A stretch of DNA of 64,000 nt from Octopus vulgaris. Taxonomy: Eukaryota. The notes beneath the pieces are model-generated. The model did no database searches and was not told the origin of the DNA. It was given only the letters and a program-made list of their open reading frames with translations. The first letter of the stretch is position 1; the number at the start of each line of letters is the position of its first letter. The stretch is taken from the NCBI GenBank assembly GCA_951406725.2, contig OX597817.1, forward strand, positions 26,226,001-26,290,000, written 5' to 3'. The translations under genes were made by a program, and so were the position numbers. This document shows, in pieces, positions 12,918 through 26,368 of the stretch.

Positions 12918-14169
12918 TATATACAAATGTATATTTGTTACCTGCCAAGACTTCATTTCCTACCACTCTTTACATCCTTGATCTTGGCACAGATCTGAAT
13001 CTGATGTAATATCCTTACCCTTAGTTCTCTGCATTCTTTACTAGGCTTATATGAAAGAGACTGCATTTGTCTGTCTTCTTCATTCTACCTGTGCCTTCTT
13101 TCCCTCTTCTTTCTATCTCCCTGCTCACTTCAGTAATTACCCTCTCGTTTCACAGCTTGTGATACTCACTCATCCACTAGCATCCATCACTTCTTCTCTG
13201 CCCCTATTTCTTTTGTTGTTCTCCTAGCTTACCTTCTCTCTTATCTGGCCTCTATCTCATGAACACCACACTTCTCTTCCAACACCCTTCTCTGGACACA
13301 TGCCACTCTCATCTATTTTCTCTTTTACACATTCCCTTTCACATATTCCACCCATGCTTGCCCTTATAATGTGGCATAACCTGGACCCCTCACTACACAA
13401 TTGACCTCACCTCCCTTTCCTCTCTATCCTTTCCCTCCTCACTAACCATTGACATTAATACCTTCTCCTGCTCCCACCATTCTCCCGCCATCTGGTAGTG
13501 ACTAAGCTATTAATCTCTTCACAACCTTAATCTCACAATTATAAATCTGTTCCTCTTATTATACTTCTCTCTCTTATCATCTTATCTCAAATCATTCCTC
13601 GCTCTTTCTCTTTCTCTCTCCTAATTTCCTTCAGCTATGGGGACCCATTTATATCTTTAAGTCTTACCAGCTGAAAAGTGACATCACTAGTGTTGGTGCA
13701 ACAAGAAAAGAACTGATATTAGGAAGAGCATTCCACTGTAGAAAAACAATGCCAGCACGGAGAGGGGATGTCAAATGATGACGGTGATGGCGGAGATGGT
13801 GGTGTTGGTAATAATATACCAAGAGAAGTTAGAGAATTGTTAGTTTATAAATTGGCAATGAAAATGATATTAATGAGAAAGAAAGAGAAATGTAATTTAG
13901 AAGCAGAAGGAAAGAGATGGAAAAACATTTGTTTAGTGATCCAATGCCAAGATGTATTAAAAGAACAATAGAATTAGTTCTGCATAAATCCTAAGCTAAT
14001 CGCATATCAAACAATGATGATGATGATGATGCTGATAAAGTTGTTATTTCTGTTACTGTTGTTGTTGTTGTTCTTATTATTATTGTTATCATTCATTTGC
14101 TAATTAAACAGATTATATCATGGGATTAGCCAGTCAAGCACTATTTTGAGTAATTCACAAATTGGCGTC

Positions 14170-14400
14170 TCATTTGTCAGTGCTGAACCATTTGCATAGA
14201 AACATAGGTCTGTAGAATGAGTTCCCAGTACGATAGAGAATAAGTTGTGAAAGCCGAGAATTTGGAATACGAGGATTAATGTAATCTATTACCTAGTTTA
14301 ACACCACCACCTGGTTAATTGAGAGCCCTCTGTAGAGTCCATGCTGTTCTAAACTCTCGTGCAAGGTCTCCTGTTCGAGGATTATATCTCCCTTTCATTT
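14170..14400 (-). mobile_element. Degenerate LINE RT fragment (RTE-like)
   Basis: Decayed coding-like sequence (RYNPRTGDLAREFRTAW) resembling the post-RT region of RTE ORFs; weak. Confidence 0.35.
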
Positions 14401-14584
14401 TCCTCATACCAAAGCCACCATCATTGTTCTCATTGGTGTTGTCCTCATCCTCCACCTCCTCAGCATCATCCTTGTTGGTGTCACAATCATTATCCTTATT
14501 ATCATCACCATCATTATCACCACCACCACCATTATCATCATCATCAATGCTTGTCATGCTCTGGCAGTGAAAAAGAGAATTTTT

Positions 14585-14879
14585 TATGCCCTTTTCAAGC
14601 CTAGCCAGGCTCATGGGCCTGGTTTCCCAGTTTCTGTGATGTATGTGTTTCTCCCAGCTGGATGAGACGCCAGTCCATTGCAGTGTTACTCACAAGAGAG
14701 TGAGAGAAAGTTGTGGTGAAAAAGTACAATAGGGATCGCCACAACCCCCTGCCAGAGCCTCGTGGAGCTTTTAGGTGTTTTCGCTCAATAAACGCAGACA
14801 ACGTCCAGTCTGGGAATTGAAACCGTGATCCTCCGAACGTTAGTCCACTGCCCTAACCACTGGGCCATTGCGCTTCCAC
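14585..14879 (-). mobile_element. SINE family C head with tail type 2 (V-domain-like)
   Basis: Family C head on the - strand plus gcaatggactggcgtctcatccagctggg...cccatgagcctggctaggcttgaaaaggg. Confidence 0.85.
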
Positions 14880-15587
14880 AAAGAGAAAAGTGAAATTAAA
14901 AGATTTCTTCCAACAAATAGTGAAATTTTGTTTCCATGGAAGAGATAATAAGAAAATGGTTTTAATTTGTGTTCTAGTGAAATAAACTCGAATACAAAAC
15001 ATAAATTAATATTTAGTAGAGGTGCTATTAAAAAGACTATATAGTTCTTAAAAGATAATGCTTTTTTTTCAATTAGAAAGATACATTGTTTTTTGTTTTG
15101 TTTTGGGCTTTTTCTCGGCTAATAAAACAAAATACCAATGTGATTAAATAATTGTTCGTATCAAGCAAATTTATTTCTTTATTATTTTGAAAATAATAAA
15201 TTTCTTTCTTCCTTGTTAATAATAAATTTAGTTATTTTTTATTATGAAAATAAATAGATAAATGATAATAAGAATAACAATAAAAATTATAAACAAATTT
15301 AAATACACTTTCAGTTTCTTAATGATGGGTTTCAGAACCATTATAAAAGATATATCCATAAGAGAGAGAGAGAATTAAAAAAAAAAGAAGAAGAAAATAA
15401 CAGATTATCCAGATTTTTTAGACATAAGTAGTACATGAAAATAAAATCATTTATATAGCATATGATAAAAGAAAAAAAAACTATCAATCTGATATAAAGA
15501 GAATGTCACACAATAAAAGCAAGATAACCAATAAAATGTTTTCTGCAATATATAAGGAATTACAAAATTGGTAAAAATAAATTAGTA

Positions 15588-15626
<39 letters not shown>

Positions 15627-15899
15627 GAAATATTTCTTAAATATGATTATTTATCTTCTTCATGGAATAACAAAAGGAAAAAAAAATTCTATCACATTAT
15701 AAGGGTTTATTAAAATATTTATAATAATATTTTGTTAAGAAAATTCGAATTAGCCAGTAATACTATAAAATGGCTAAAAGATTCCTAAGATCACAGATAC
15801 ACACCACCTATAGAAAATAAATACATAAGAAGACTCACACTCTCTGTCTCTCTTTCTCTCCCTTCTCTTTTATCTTCTCTCTCTCTCACACACACATTC

Positions 15900-17070
15900 T
15901 TACATGAACAGTTCCTGATGCAACAATTCTATCATTAATGAAGCAAAGTAGCACTGCCAAAGGCTACATGGCTAGACTATACAAATGTATTTGACTCTGT
16001 CCATCACTCATAAATATTACCATCACTACACCTGGTCATCTCTTATTGTCAATTCCGTTAAAAGACTTTGCAAAAATGGTTCATACACTTATCAATAAAG
16101 ATTGAGGCAGCTACTATAACTGCAAACAAAATTAGATCATCCATAGATATATTCCTTGGTGACAGTCTGTCTGTAACACTGTCGATCCTTGTCAATCCTG
16201 TTGATGAAATGCCAAGGTTACATGATTAGGATTTGCAGAAAAAGGAAAAATTAATGCCAAGGAAGAATTAATGAACTTTGATCATCTTAAACTGCATTCA
16301 GGTTATATTCTCGGTGTCAGAAGATACTTAGAACTGATTTCAACATACTAAATAGCATAGGGATGAGGCTATGTCTTGGTAAGTGTTTATAGTTGGTAGT
16401 TAATGGAGTAAAGATAGATGACCAGCTGAAAATATGAATATCAACGACCTATCTATTATCTTTATCTTCAACGATGACTGTTACATGTACCAAAGAATTA
16501 ATGAGAATATTTATATAGCGTGGAGGCACAATGGCCCAGTGGTTAGGGCAGCAGACTCGCGGTCGGAGGATCGCGGTTTCGATTCCCAGACCGGGCATTG
16601 TGTGTGTTTATTGAGCGAAAACACCTAAAAGCTCCACGAGGCTCCGGCAGGGGGTGGTGATCCCTGCTGTACTCTTTCACCACTCTTTCTCCTACTCTTT
16701 CTTTCGTTGGCCTGCTCGCTTAGCCAGCGGGGTGGCGTCATTCAAAGGCTAAAACAATGCGAACGCATTGTGACCAGCGATGTGTGGCAACATCTGATGG
16801 TCTGGTCGGTCACGTGATTTATATATCAGTGCTGAAAGTGTGTCTAGAGTGGCCAAGGAATATTACAATAGATTTTTGGAAAATATTGGAGTAAGTTAGA
16901 CATTTTTAAGATGCAATCAGATCTGATGCTGAGACTCATTCCACAGGTATGGTAAAGAGGTTAAACAGAATCAATCTTGGGAGAGATGATGATTGATAGA
17001 AATAAAGGTGATCAGTAGATGATGAATGAAGAGAGATATAATAATGGATGAGAAGCCCAAATATAGCAAT
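15900..17070 (+). mobile_element. R4/Dong-like non-LTR retrotransposon RT relic, interrupted by a SINE
   Basis: About 16146-16200 translates as DIFLGDSLSVTLSILVNP (compare GIFQGDSLSPLLF), and about 16354-16390 as SIGMRLCLGKC (compare DIGMxFGLDKC); many stops. Confidence 0.55.
16519..16818 (+). mobile_element. SINE family C head with tail type 3
   Basis: A-box tggcccagtggttagg, B-box ggtttcgattccc; distinct tail cctgctcgcttagccagcggggtggcgtca...ggtcggtcacgtga. Confidence 0.85.
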
Positions 17071-17499
17071 ATGTTCCGGGTTCAGTCCCACTATCTGGCA
17101 CCTTGGGCAAGTGTCTTCTACTATAGCCTCAGGCCGACCAATGCCTTGTGAGTGGATTTGGTAAACGGAAACTGAAAGAAGACCCTCGTATATATATATA
17201 TATATATATACAAGTAATATTGTATATATATACAAGTAATATTTATATATAAATATATATATAAATATCTATGTGTGTGTGTTTGTGTGTCTGTGTTTGT
17301 CCCCCCCAACATCGCTTGACAACCGATGCAGGCGTGTTTACATGCCCTAACAACTTAGCGGTTCAGCAAAAGAGACTGATAGAATAAGTACTAGGCTTAC
17401 AAAGAATAAGTCCTGGGGTCAATTTGCTAGACTAAAGGCAGTGCTCCAGCATGGGCACAGTCAAATGACTGAAACAAGTTAAAGAAGATAAAAGAGAGT
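17071..17499 (+). mobile_element. SINE family B (5' truncated)
   Basis: Starts at the B-box region; has the family B tail. Confidence 0.88.
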
Positions 17500-18201
17500 A
17501 TTGTGTGATTGTACACAAATCAGTGTAGGACAGAAGCAAATATTTTAACACACTGCTTATGCTTCTATGTATGTATGTTTCTATCTCTCTATTTATCTAT
17601 CTATCTATCCATCAATCTATCTATCTGCCTATCTATCTGTCTTTTTGTCTGCATGTCTCTCTGTCCATCTGTCTGTTTGTCTATCTATTTATCTGTCTGT
17701 CTATTTTAATTTCTATCTGTTACTCTCTTTCTCTCCCTTGCTCTCCACATATATCTCTAAGTATGTATGCATGTATGTATGCATGTGTGTATGTATTAAT
17801 GCATTAATGCATGTATGTATGCATGCATGCATGTATGTGCACATGTGCATGTGTATAAACACAAACACTTGAGTCATTTACTTAGACCACAATCACACTA
17901 TATTTCTCTGTCTCATCTCATGCAATTCTCTGGACTATTTATTGATATAGTATAATGACATTTCAAATCCAGAAATTCCTTTGTTGAGTATTCAACAAAT
18001 GTACACCTCACTTTTAATTGCATTTCTTGCAGTGTACAACAACATCCCTCTCTATATATGTGTGTATGTATGTGTGTATACATATATATATGCATATGTA
18101 TTTATGAGTATATATATATGTGTGTGTGTATGTGTACACATATATATATATGCATATGTATTTATGAGTATATATATGTGTGTGTGTGTGTGTATATATA
18201 T

Positions 18202-18433
18202 GAAGGCGGCGAGCTGGCAGAAACGTTGGCATGCCGGACGAAATGCGAAGCCGTATTTCGTCTGCCGTTACGTTCTGAGTTCAAATACCACTGAGGTCGA
18301 CTTTGCCTTTCATCATTTTGGGGTCGATAAATTAAGTACCAGTTACGCACTGGGGTCGATGGAATCGACTTAATCTGTTTGTCTGTCCTTATTTGTCCCC
18401 TCTGTGTTTAGCCCCTTGTGGGTAGTAAAGAAA
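18202..18433 (+). mobile_element. SINE family A
   Basis: Full head, core and tail. Confidence 0.9.
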
Positions 18434-18483
18434 TCATCATCATCATATACATATATACACACAAACACACACACACACACATA

Positions 18484-18730
18484 TCATCATCACCATCTTC
18501 GTCAATGAATGTCTGCTTTCCATGCTGGCATGGGTTGGATGGTTTCACTGAGAACTGGTAGATAGGAAGGCTGCACCAGGTTCCAATCTGATATGGCAAG
18601 GTTTCTACAGCTGTATGCCTCTTTTAATGCCAAACATTTCAAGAGTGTAGTGGCTGCCTTTTATGTGCCACTGGCATGGGAGCCAATCAGGTAACATTGG
18701 CATCGGCCATGCTCAAATGGTGCGTTTTCT
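18484..18730 (-). mobile_element. Family D LINE 3' UTR remnant
   Basis: tccatgctggcatgggttggatgg...gctgcaccagg..ccaatctg...tttctacagctg. Confidence 0.75.
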
Positions 18731-18739
18731 GTGAAATAT

Positions 18740-18926
18740 ACACATGTATGTATGTATATATGTATGTATGCATGCATGCATGTATGTATGTATGCATGCA
18801 TGTATGTATGTATGTATGCATGTATGCATGCATGCATGTATGTATGTATGTATGTATGTATGCATGTATGTATGTATGCATGCATGTATGTATGTATGTA
18901 TGTATAGATGGATGGATGGATGGATG

Positions 18927-18957
<31 letters not shown>

Positions 18958-19079
18958 CTATTTATCTATCTGCATATATATGTAGAGAGAGAAAAACAAA
19001 AGATGAAGACAGGTGTATGAACAACATGCAGGTATATTAGTGTTACGCTGTATGTATATATACATATATATATGTATAC

Positions 19080-19110
<31 letters not shown>

Positions 19111-19260
19111 CATATATATATACACATATATACATATATATATACATACATGCATATATATATATATATATATATATACATACATACACACACACACATA
19201 CACATATATATATATATATGTGTGTATATATATGCTTGTGTATGTATGCACACACATGCA
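18740..19260. repeat. Compound (TATG)n/(GATG)n/(TATC)n/(TA)n microsatellites
   Basis: Directly visible. Confidence 0.9.
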
Positions 19261-19704
19261 CATCCACAATCCATTTCTAAAGCTTCATTGTATTTGTCAC
19301 CTTTAAATTGCATTTCATAAGCATATTCTCTCAAACCAGCAAATATATGCAAATATGCATGGAAACCTAAACCATACAAGCATCCCCATGCAACACCTGC
19401 CATTAATAACAAGTATATCAACAAGTAATACGAAGCAACAAACAACTATCACACACACACAAAAAAAAGACAACAAAAAAAACATATATTTGTCTATTAG
19501 AATGATAAACCTTCCATGTAATGTGTAATTATTAAACACCTGAACATTATTCAAATCACGGAAAGGATCATGTTTAAAACTTAAGTAAAATATGCTAATG
19601 CAAACCAATTTGCATAATTGAACATGTATTTCCATATTAGCTCTGGTAATTTTACTGACAGCTCTTGTCCAACTATTTGTTGCTTGTTTAATTTTATATT
19701 AAAA

Positions 19705-19761
<57 letters not shown>

Positions 19762-19764
19762 CAT

Positions 19765-19798
<34 letters not shown>

Positions 19799-20249
19799 GT
19801 TCATTTATATTTACCTGGATTTTTTCTTTATTGTACAAAAACCAATGTCTGTTTGTTCTCAACACTCTTCTATGATTGTGTGTGTGTATGTGAAAATACA
19901 TACATATATACATACATACACACACAGGCACCCACACACAAACATATATGTAAAAAAAACCTGATAAACTGTTTACTTAGTATCTCTACTTTTGTTTTGT
20001 AAAGAGTCTTTATTGTGATGTAAGCATGGTGCAGTCAGGTAAGCTGTATGCTCAACATCCATAAATTTACGTAATATGTTACCCAGTATGTAATTATGCA
20101 TGTACTTGGCAGTACCATCTTTATGTCACAATAAACACTCTCAACAAAACTATTTCAGAAATATCAGCTTATTCCTTTGTCTGTTTTCATTTTATTTTTA
20201 CACCATGATTAAGGTTAATCATTGATATTTATGGATAATACTGGAGTTT

Positions 20250-20633
20250 TCCTAATTCCCCAGATCTCAATCCATTTAGCCTATTACACTATTACATGTG
20301 GAGCATTGTTGAGAGAGAGAGAGGTCAATGAACACGCCCATAACACCAAAGATTCTTTGAAAGCTGCCATAGTTAGAGTAATGTCCAAAATGAACCAGGA
20401 CCACTTGTTTCGAACATGTAGATGATTTAGATGACATACAGAAGCAGGTGTTGATGCTGAAGGTTGCTTTATTGAATAACATTATAAAAATGGTTTTTAT
20501 TTTTAACCTCATAGCATTTTTTGACAAATAACGATATTATTTATTATTTTCTGAAACAATGATTACACAGAGTTTACCAAAAATGCAACAATGACCCCAA
20601 AAAGATATGTCCTCAAATACCTTATGCACCCTG
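20250..20633 (+). mobile_element. Tc1/maT-like transposon 3' relic
   Basis: Across frameshifts reads SPDLNPF/LAYY...EVNEHAHNTKDSLKAAIVRVMSKMNQDHLFRTCR.FR...AGVDAEGCFIE; ends in the TIR-like tatgcaccctg followed by TA. Confidence 0.7.
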
Positions 20634-20673
20634 TATATATTTACACACACACATATAAATATTTATATGCAGT

Positions 20674-20704
<31 letters not shown>

Positions 20705-20719
20705 ATATATATATATATA

Positions 20720-21104
20720 CTAGCAGTATCGCCCGGCGTTGCTCAGGTTTGTAAGGGAAATAACTATAAAGCATTTTTAGAGAGTTATAGCCAAAAAATA
20801 GCAAAGAAATGGAAAAAAAATGATGGTAAATTTTTTTTGAGAGTTAAAAAAGGTCGAGTTGCGTCCCCTAGACAGTCTGTGGTTTGTGTTTCTGATTCTC
20901 GACCCCATGTCGAATTTATCGATTTTTTTCAGAACTGGGGGAACTTTTCAAAATTTTCGCTGCGTTAGTTTTGAATTATGACATTGGGCTATGTGCGTGT
21001 CAAGTTTCATCAGAATCGGTTGAAAGCCGTGGTCAGGGTGAGGGTACAACCAAACAGACACACAGAAACACACACAGACAAACTGCCGTTTATATATAGA
21101 GAGA
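20720..21104 (-). mobile_element. Non-autonomous Helitron
   Basis: On the - strand it starts TC after A and ends with the hairpin-like cctgagcaacgccggg then CTAG before T, with no TSD. Its 3' part is shared with 25335 and 61147. Confidence 0.8.
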
Positions 21105-21650
21105 TATAAATTGGACAAGGGCGATCATTGTATTCTTTCTTGTCTTGAGGTTCACAGCCAAACAGCTGGGTGGATTCACGTGAAAAATGGCACACATATG
21201 GAGACGAGTGCATAGACTGGAATGCGGTTTCTATATTTTTTTAGCCCCCATACTTACCGAGAAAATCGATTAACACTTTTCCTAAGGGAGTTCCCCTGTT
21301 TGTTCCGCCATTAAAACAACCAGTTGCTCACACAGCCGGCATATACCATTTCGCTAGCAACAGGGGAAGTAAAGGATGACAGTCAGCCAAAACTTTCACT
21401 CTCTTCTTTCACCTCTTTGTGGGGTTAATAATCTTAATCTTTAGTTACATTTTCTCATTCAAACTACATAATAGGCAGAATTGTCGGATTAACACAGTAG
21501 GGTGTTTTGAGGAAGATTTGGCTGCTATTTCTACTAGGTCTAGCTACCATGTACAGGTCTGAACTTAATTTTCATACACATATGCCTAACTGAAAACGAT
21601 CACAGCCACATCATCCAAACAGACTGGGTGAAACTAGGCTTAGCTGCTAG
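21105..21650 (+). mobile_element. Possible second, older non-autonomous Helitron, back-to-back with the first
   Basis: Ends gggtgaaactaggcttagctgCTAG|T, resembling a Helitron 3' terminus; the 5' end is unclear. Confidence 0.4.
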
Positions 21651-22332
21651 TACATATATACATATATATATATATATATGCATAGGTATATACATATACA
21701 TGTATTGTGTGTATGTATGTATTTTTGTGTGAGTACATTGTAAGAGTATATATATGTTTGTTGTCATACATAGAAACCCAATAGTCAATAGAACATTCCA
21801 AACCCCCACCAGACAAATCAATTAATCTTAATTTCCTTTTGTTGCATGGCCAATTTCCTGTCGAATGAAATCTGTGAATTGGATCATTTCTTTAGTTGCT
21901 GTTGTTTTACATTTCCCTTTCTTTCGTCGCTGCTTTTACTTTTTCTTTTGTGAAGAACTCAATTCAAGCTAAACTTTTCTATCGTACTGGAACTACTAGC
22001 TTCAAGTTATTTTCTACTCTTTTGGGTTTTTTTTTTTTACAATTTCTTTCAAAAAAAAGAAGAGGGAACTAAAGTAAACAAAGATAATATAAACAAATGA
22101 ATTATATCTAACGTAAAAAGTAAACAATAATGAATATTAAATCTTCATTGTTCTTATCATTTTAATTATGCAGTTATAATTAAACATGAGCTAGAATGTT
22201 TATTACTCTACTTTCAGTTCCTTCTTTGTTTTGCTTTACCACCTACCTTGTCATCCTCCTATAACTGGTAGAACAACTGCCAGTAATGCACTGGGTTGAT
22301 GCTATTACAAATATATACAAACATACAAATTT

Positions 22333-22706
22333 AGCCGGGCGATATGCTTAGCGGTATTTCGTCTGCCGTTATGTTCTGAGTTCTAATTTCCGTCGAGGTC
22401 GACTTTGCCTTTCATCCCTTCGGGGTAGATAAATTAAGTACCAGTCATGCACTGGGGTCGATGTAATCGACTTAATCCGTTTGTCTGTCCTTGTTTAGCC
22501 CCTTGTGGGTAGTAAAGAAATAGGTATTTCGTCTGCCTTTACGTTCTGAGTTCAAGTTCTGCCGAGGTCGACTTTGCCTTTCATTCATTCGGGGTCGATA
22601 AATTACGTACCAGTTACGCACTGGGGTCGATGTAATCGACTTAATCCGTTTGTCTGTCCTTGTTTGTCCCTTTTGTGTTTGGCCCCTTGTGGGTAGTAAA
22701 GAAATA
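22333..22706 (+). mobile_element. SINE family A, tandem dimer (5' truncated)
   Basis: Core plus tail repeated twice, rejoining at ggtatttcgtctgcc. Confidence 0.88.
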
Positions 22707-22929
22707 GCTATTACAAATATATTATGGTCTCAAACTAAGAGAACTTTATTATTACTTGCAAATCTCCTACGAAAATTTTCGGTTCATGGCTTTTATGTGC
22801 ATCCTTAAAAGGATTTGCATAAAACTGAGCATCCTTCAAGATACACAGTTTTATTAACTGAACCTTACAGTTTATTTTTTGGTTAGTCTAACACAGATTC
22901 CATGGACATTTATCCCCTAACCTTATTTG

Positions 22930-22991
<62 letters not shown>

Positions 22992-23259
22992 GTAGAAATA
23001 TGTTACGAAAAGAAAATATAAAATACACGTGGAAATGTAAGGATAAGATATGAAAAATCAACGAAAATGCATATTGCAGATAGAAAAAGGCTATTTATGA
23101 CAGGTAGTGACAAATATATACATTTAGATTGACTGAGGTAGTAAAACGAGTCATAAAGGTCATTATTATGAGATGATTATAAGATGATAATTATAATAAA
23201 GTAAGAGAACAAAACGAACCAATTGGTTTACGCAAAGGCTATTCATCGTTTTTATATGT

Positions 23260-23349
23260 ATATAATAACTCGTTGTGGTCGAGTTATTTCTTAACGGCGG
23301 TGCATCAGCATGGCCACAGCTCTGAGCTGAAACTAGAAAAAAAAAAAAA
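23260..23349 (+). mobile_element. Short LINE/SINE 3' tail related to the family B tail, with poly(A)
   Basis: ggcggtgcatcagcatggccacagctctgagctgaaactag followed by an A run, versus family B ggcggtgctccagcatggccgcagtcaaatgactgaaacaag. Confidence 0.55.
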
Positions 23350-24655
23350 TATATATATATATATATATAACAAAGGTTTATTTACTTTCACTTATCAATA
23401 ACTTACAACCAATGGCCCATATATAATATCCTTCAATTATTTTTCTATCATTACTCAAAAAAGTTTTATTGCACCATCTATTTAAACAGCCCTTTACTTT
23501 TGATCCTCTTGGTATTTCTATTGAGGTTTCTCTCCCACCAAAAATGTATATTAAACATCATGAACAACCCTTTCTTACAGTTTCTTTTTCCTTCTCTGTC
23601 TAACAGGTCCTGAAAGGCTATAGGTAATGTTTCTTTTCTACAGGTTAAGTATTTTAGTATTCTCGAATGCTTAACCTTTTGATACTCCTTATGCAATAAT
23701 GAATTTCTCCAAACATCATAGATTAACGATCTAATTATAAGAATCAATTTATAAACGTAATTGTCCAGATGAGTTGACTTTTTTATGAACCCTGTTATGC
23801 TTTCACAAATAATAGTTGCTAATTTAGGTATATGTACATCAATTTTTGAGGGGAGAAATTCAGTGTTACTATTTATCTCAATATTTAACTGATACAATGT
23901 TTTAGCAAAAAATAATAGTTAGCCAACTAGCTAGCTAGATAGATGGAAAGACACACAGACAAATAAATAGATATGTGTGTATGAATGTATGCATAAAATG
24001 CTTAATTAGTAACACTTTAAAGCAAAAACATTGTTGCATTTATCCTGGCCTCAGCACTTAAATATGCATAATAATTTCTTTATGCTATCAGTTTTAATTC
24101 AGTTAAACTTACAGTTTAATAACTTCTCTCTGCTTCATCTCTCTCTTTCTCTCTTTTGTTATCTTCATTTTCCTGATAAATTAGTATGATAAGGTTAATC
24201 AGTATGACAATAAAATGATAACAAGCCATTTTTCATACCTAAAGGGTTTATTTGACACAGCGAAAATTGAAATTACTACTAATAACACACACGCACACAC
24301 ATGTACATGCACAAGCGTGGAACACACACACAAACACACACACACACATACACACACAGAGGTTAATAATAAAAATACAAAAATTGAATAAGCAGTTCTT
24401 GTTCAGTATTATATATGTTGTTCAATAGCCAAAGAAAGCTATTTGGTTTCAAATTATGATATCATGTGACACCAGGCTTATTCATTTTATATTCTGTACG
24501 TGCAGGCATGGCTGTGTGGTAAGAAGTTTGCTTCCCAACCACATAGTTCCAGGTTCAGTCCCACTGGGTTGCACTTTTGGCAATTGCACAAGGCTGACCA
24601 GGAATTCTTGCTTGTGAGTGGATTTTTACAGACAGAAACTCAAAACTTGTATATA

Positions 24656-25221
24656 TTGGAACGTCCGGAAAATTCGTGCTGATTTTTAAAGGAAAGAAAA
24701 AGGTCAATAAATACTTGCCATTACATTTTTAATCAACCAAATATGAACCATTTTGTTGCACAATGCATCTCCATCTTTCCTTTAACTTGAAAATACCCTC
24801 TCCCCAGAATTGAGGTGGTTTCATGGCAAACAATTCATCAAGGTATCTTTTTACGCCATCCAAGGAATTGAAATTTTTACCATTAACACAATTCTGCAGA
24901 GACCTGAATAAGTGGAAATCCGAAGGAGCAATATCTGGTGAATATGGAGGGTGGGGTAACACATCCCGGTCGAGTTGCAGCATTTTTTGTCTGGTTCCCA
25001 AAGCATCAAGTGCCAAAAATGAACTTTCATATTTTCCATTTTAAAGAGTTACAGAATCAACACAGGTTATAGGAACATAAATCTTCTTCCATGAAAAGAT
25101 AGCTTAAACTGTGCTCTAAACGGAGGTGTAGTCAAATCCTATTTTCTGGACTCAACCATGTTCTAAAATAAGTCGAAATGTAAACTACTATAAATCGGCA
25201 CAAACTTTCCGGACACCCCAA
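24656..25221 (-). mobile_element. Internally deleted mariner, second copy
   Basis: TIRs and TA TSDs; same length and deletion as 1134-1700. ORF 24729-25016 has LPHPPYSPDIAPSDFHLFRSL. Confidence 0.92.
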
Positions 25222-25334
25222 TACTTTTGTTTATATGTGAGTGTGTGTGTCTGTGTGTATGTTTGTGTCTCCTTGTCTTCACAGCATGTGAAAGCTGGTT
25301 AGTTGTTAGAAGTTATAGTGTCATTAATTTCCAG

Positions 25335-25722
25335 CTAGCAGTATCGCCCGGCGTTGCTCGGGTTTGTAAGGGAAATAACTATATAAGCATTTTTAGAGAG
25401 TTATAGCAAAAAAATAGGAAAAAAATGCATTAAAAATGGAAAAAAAATGATGGTAAATTTTTTTTTAAATCGTTGACTCATCGTAGACATTTTTAAAGAG
25501 TTACTTCCCTTATATAATAGCGAAAAAATGCATTGAAATGGAAAAAAAATGATGGTAAATTTTTTTTTAAATCATAGACGCGCACTAATACCCAGAAGGG
25601 CTCAATATGAATCACGACTACAAGATACCCGGTTTTGGTTAAACTGCACCACAAAATTTGGGAGTAGTTAGAAATCTAAATCGTAGGAGACAGACACAAA
25701 ACCTTACTTTTATATATAAAGA
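25335..25722 (-). mobile_element. Non-autonomous Helitron
   Basis: 5' TC and 3' hairpin cccgagcaacgccggg plus CTAG; internal tandem duplication of a ttagagagtta..aaaaatgcattaaaaatgg unit. Confidence 0.8.
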
Positions 25723-25947
25723 TATTCTGCAAGAATATATGTGCTCATGGGGAAATATGTTGCTTGGAAGCAGGGGAGCGCTAACAGCAGGAAAGACATC
25801 TGGCAGAGGAATATCTGCCTCAAATAAACTCTGCTTGATTCATAAAATTATGGAAAAGTGGACGTTAAATGATGATGATGATGATGGTGATTATATTGCA
25901 GTGAGCTTAGTTGAACTTCAGAATAAGAGGAAATTATGAAGAGTTTA

Positions 25948-26368
25948 TAGGCGCAGGAGTGTCTGTGTGGTAAGTAGCTTGCTAACCAGCCACATGGTTC
26001 TGGGCTCAGTCCCACTGCGTGGCATCTTGGGCAAGTGTCTTCTACTATATCCTTGGGCCAACCAATGCCTTGTGAGTGGATTTGGTATATGGAAACTGAA
26101 AGAAGCCCGTCGTATATATGTATATATATATATGTGTGCATGTGTGTGTTTGTGTGTCTGTGTTTGTCCCCCTAGCATTGCTTGACAACCGATGCTGGTG
26201 TGTTTACGTCCCCGTCACTTAGCGTTTCGGCAAAGAGACCGATAGAATAAGTACTCGGCTTACAAAAGAATAAGTCCCGGGGTCGAGTTGCTCGATTAAA
26301 GGCGGTGCTCCAGCATGGCCGCAGTCAAATGACTGAAACAAGTAAAAGAGTAAAAGAGCGTAAAGAGA
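25948..26368 (+). mobile_element. SINE family B, full length
   Basis: Close to the consensus of the other copies; flanked by ~80-bp direct repeats. Confidence 0.92.

Larger units (their letters stand above)
24498..25880 (+). mobile_element. Old family B-related SINE interrupted by a mariner and a Helitron
   Basis: Head at 24498-24650; continuation gtgtgtctgtgtg..tgtctccttgtctt after 25221, and an (ATG)n-ending tail after 25722. Confidence 0.6.

Noticed and set aside
16519-16600. tRNA gene
   Set aside because: The A and B boxes belong to SINE heads; there is no acceptor stem closure and the sequence continues into a SINE body.
23478-23897. 139-aa ORF, possible host exon or L1/Tx1 C-terminus (similarly 4197-4843 and 33137-33319)
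   Set aside because: No recognisable motif or convincing splice signals; cannot be assigned without a homology search.
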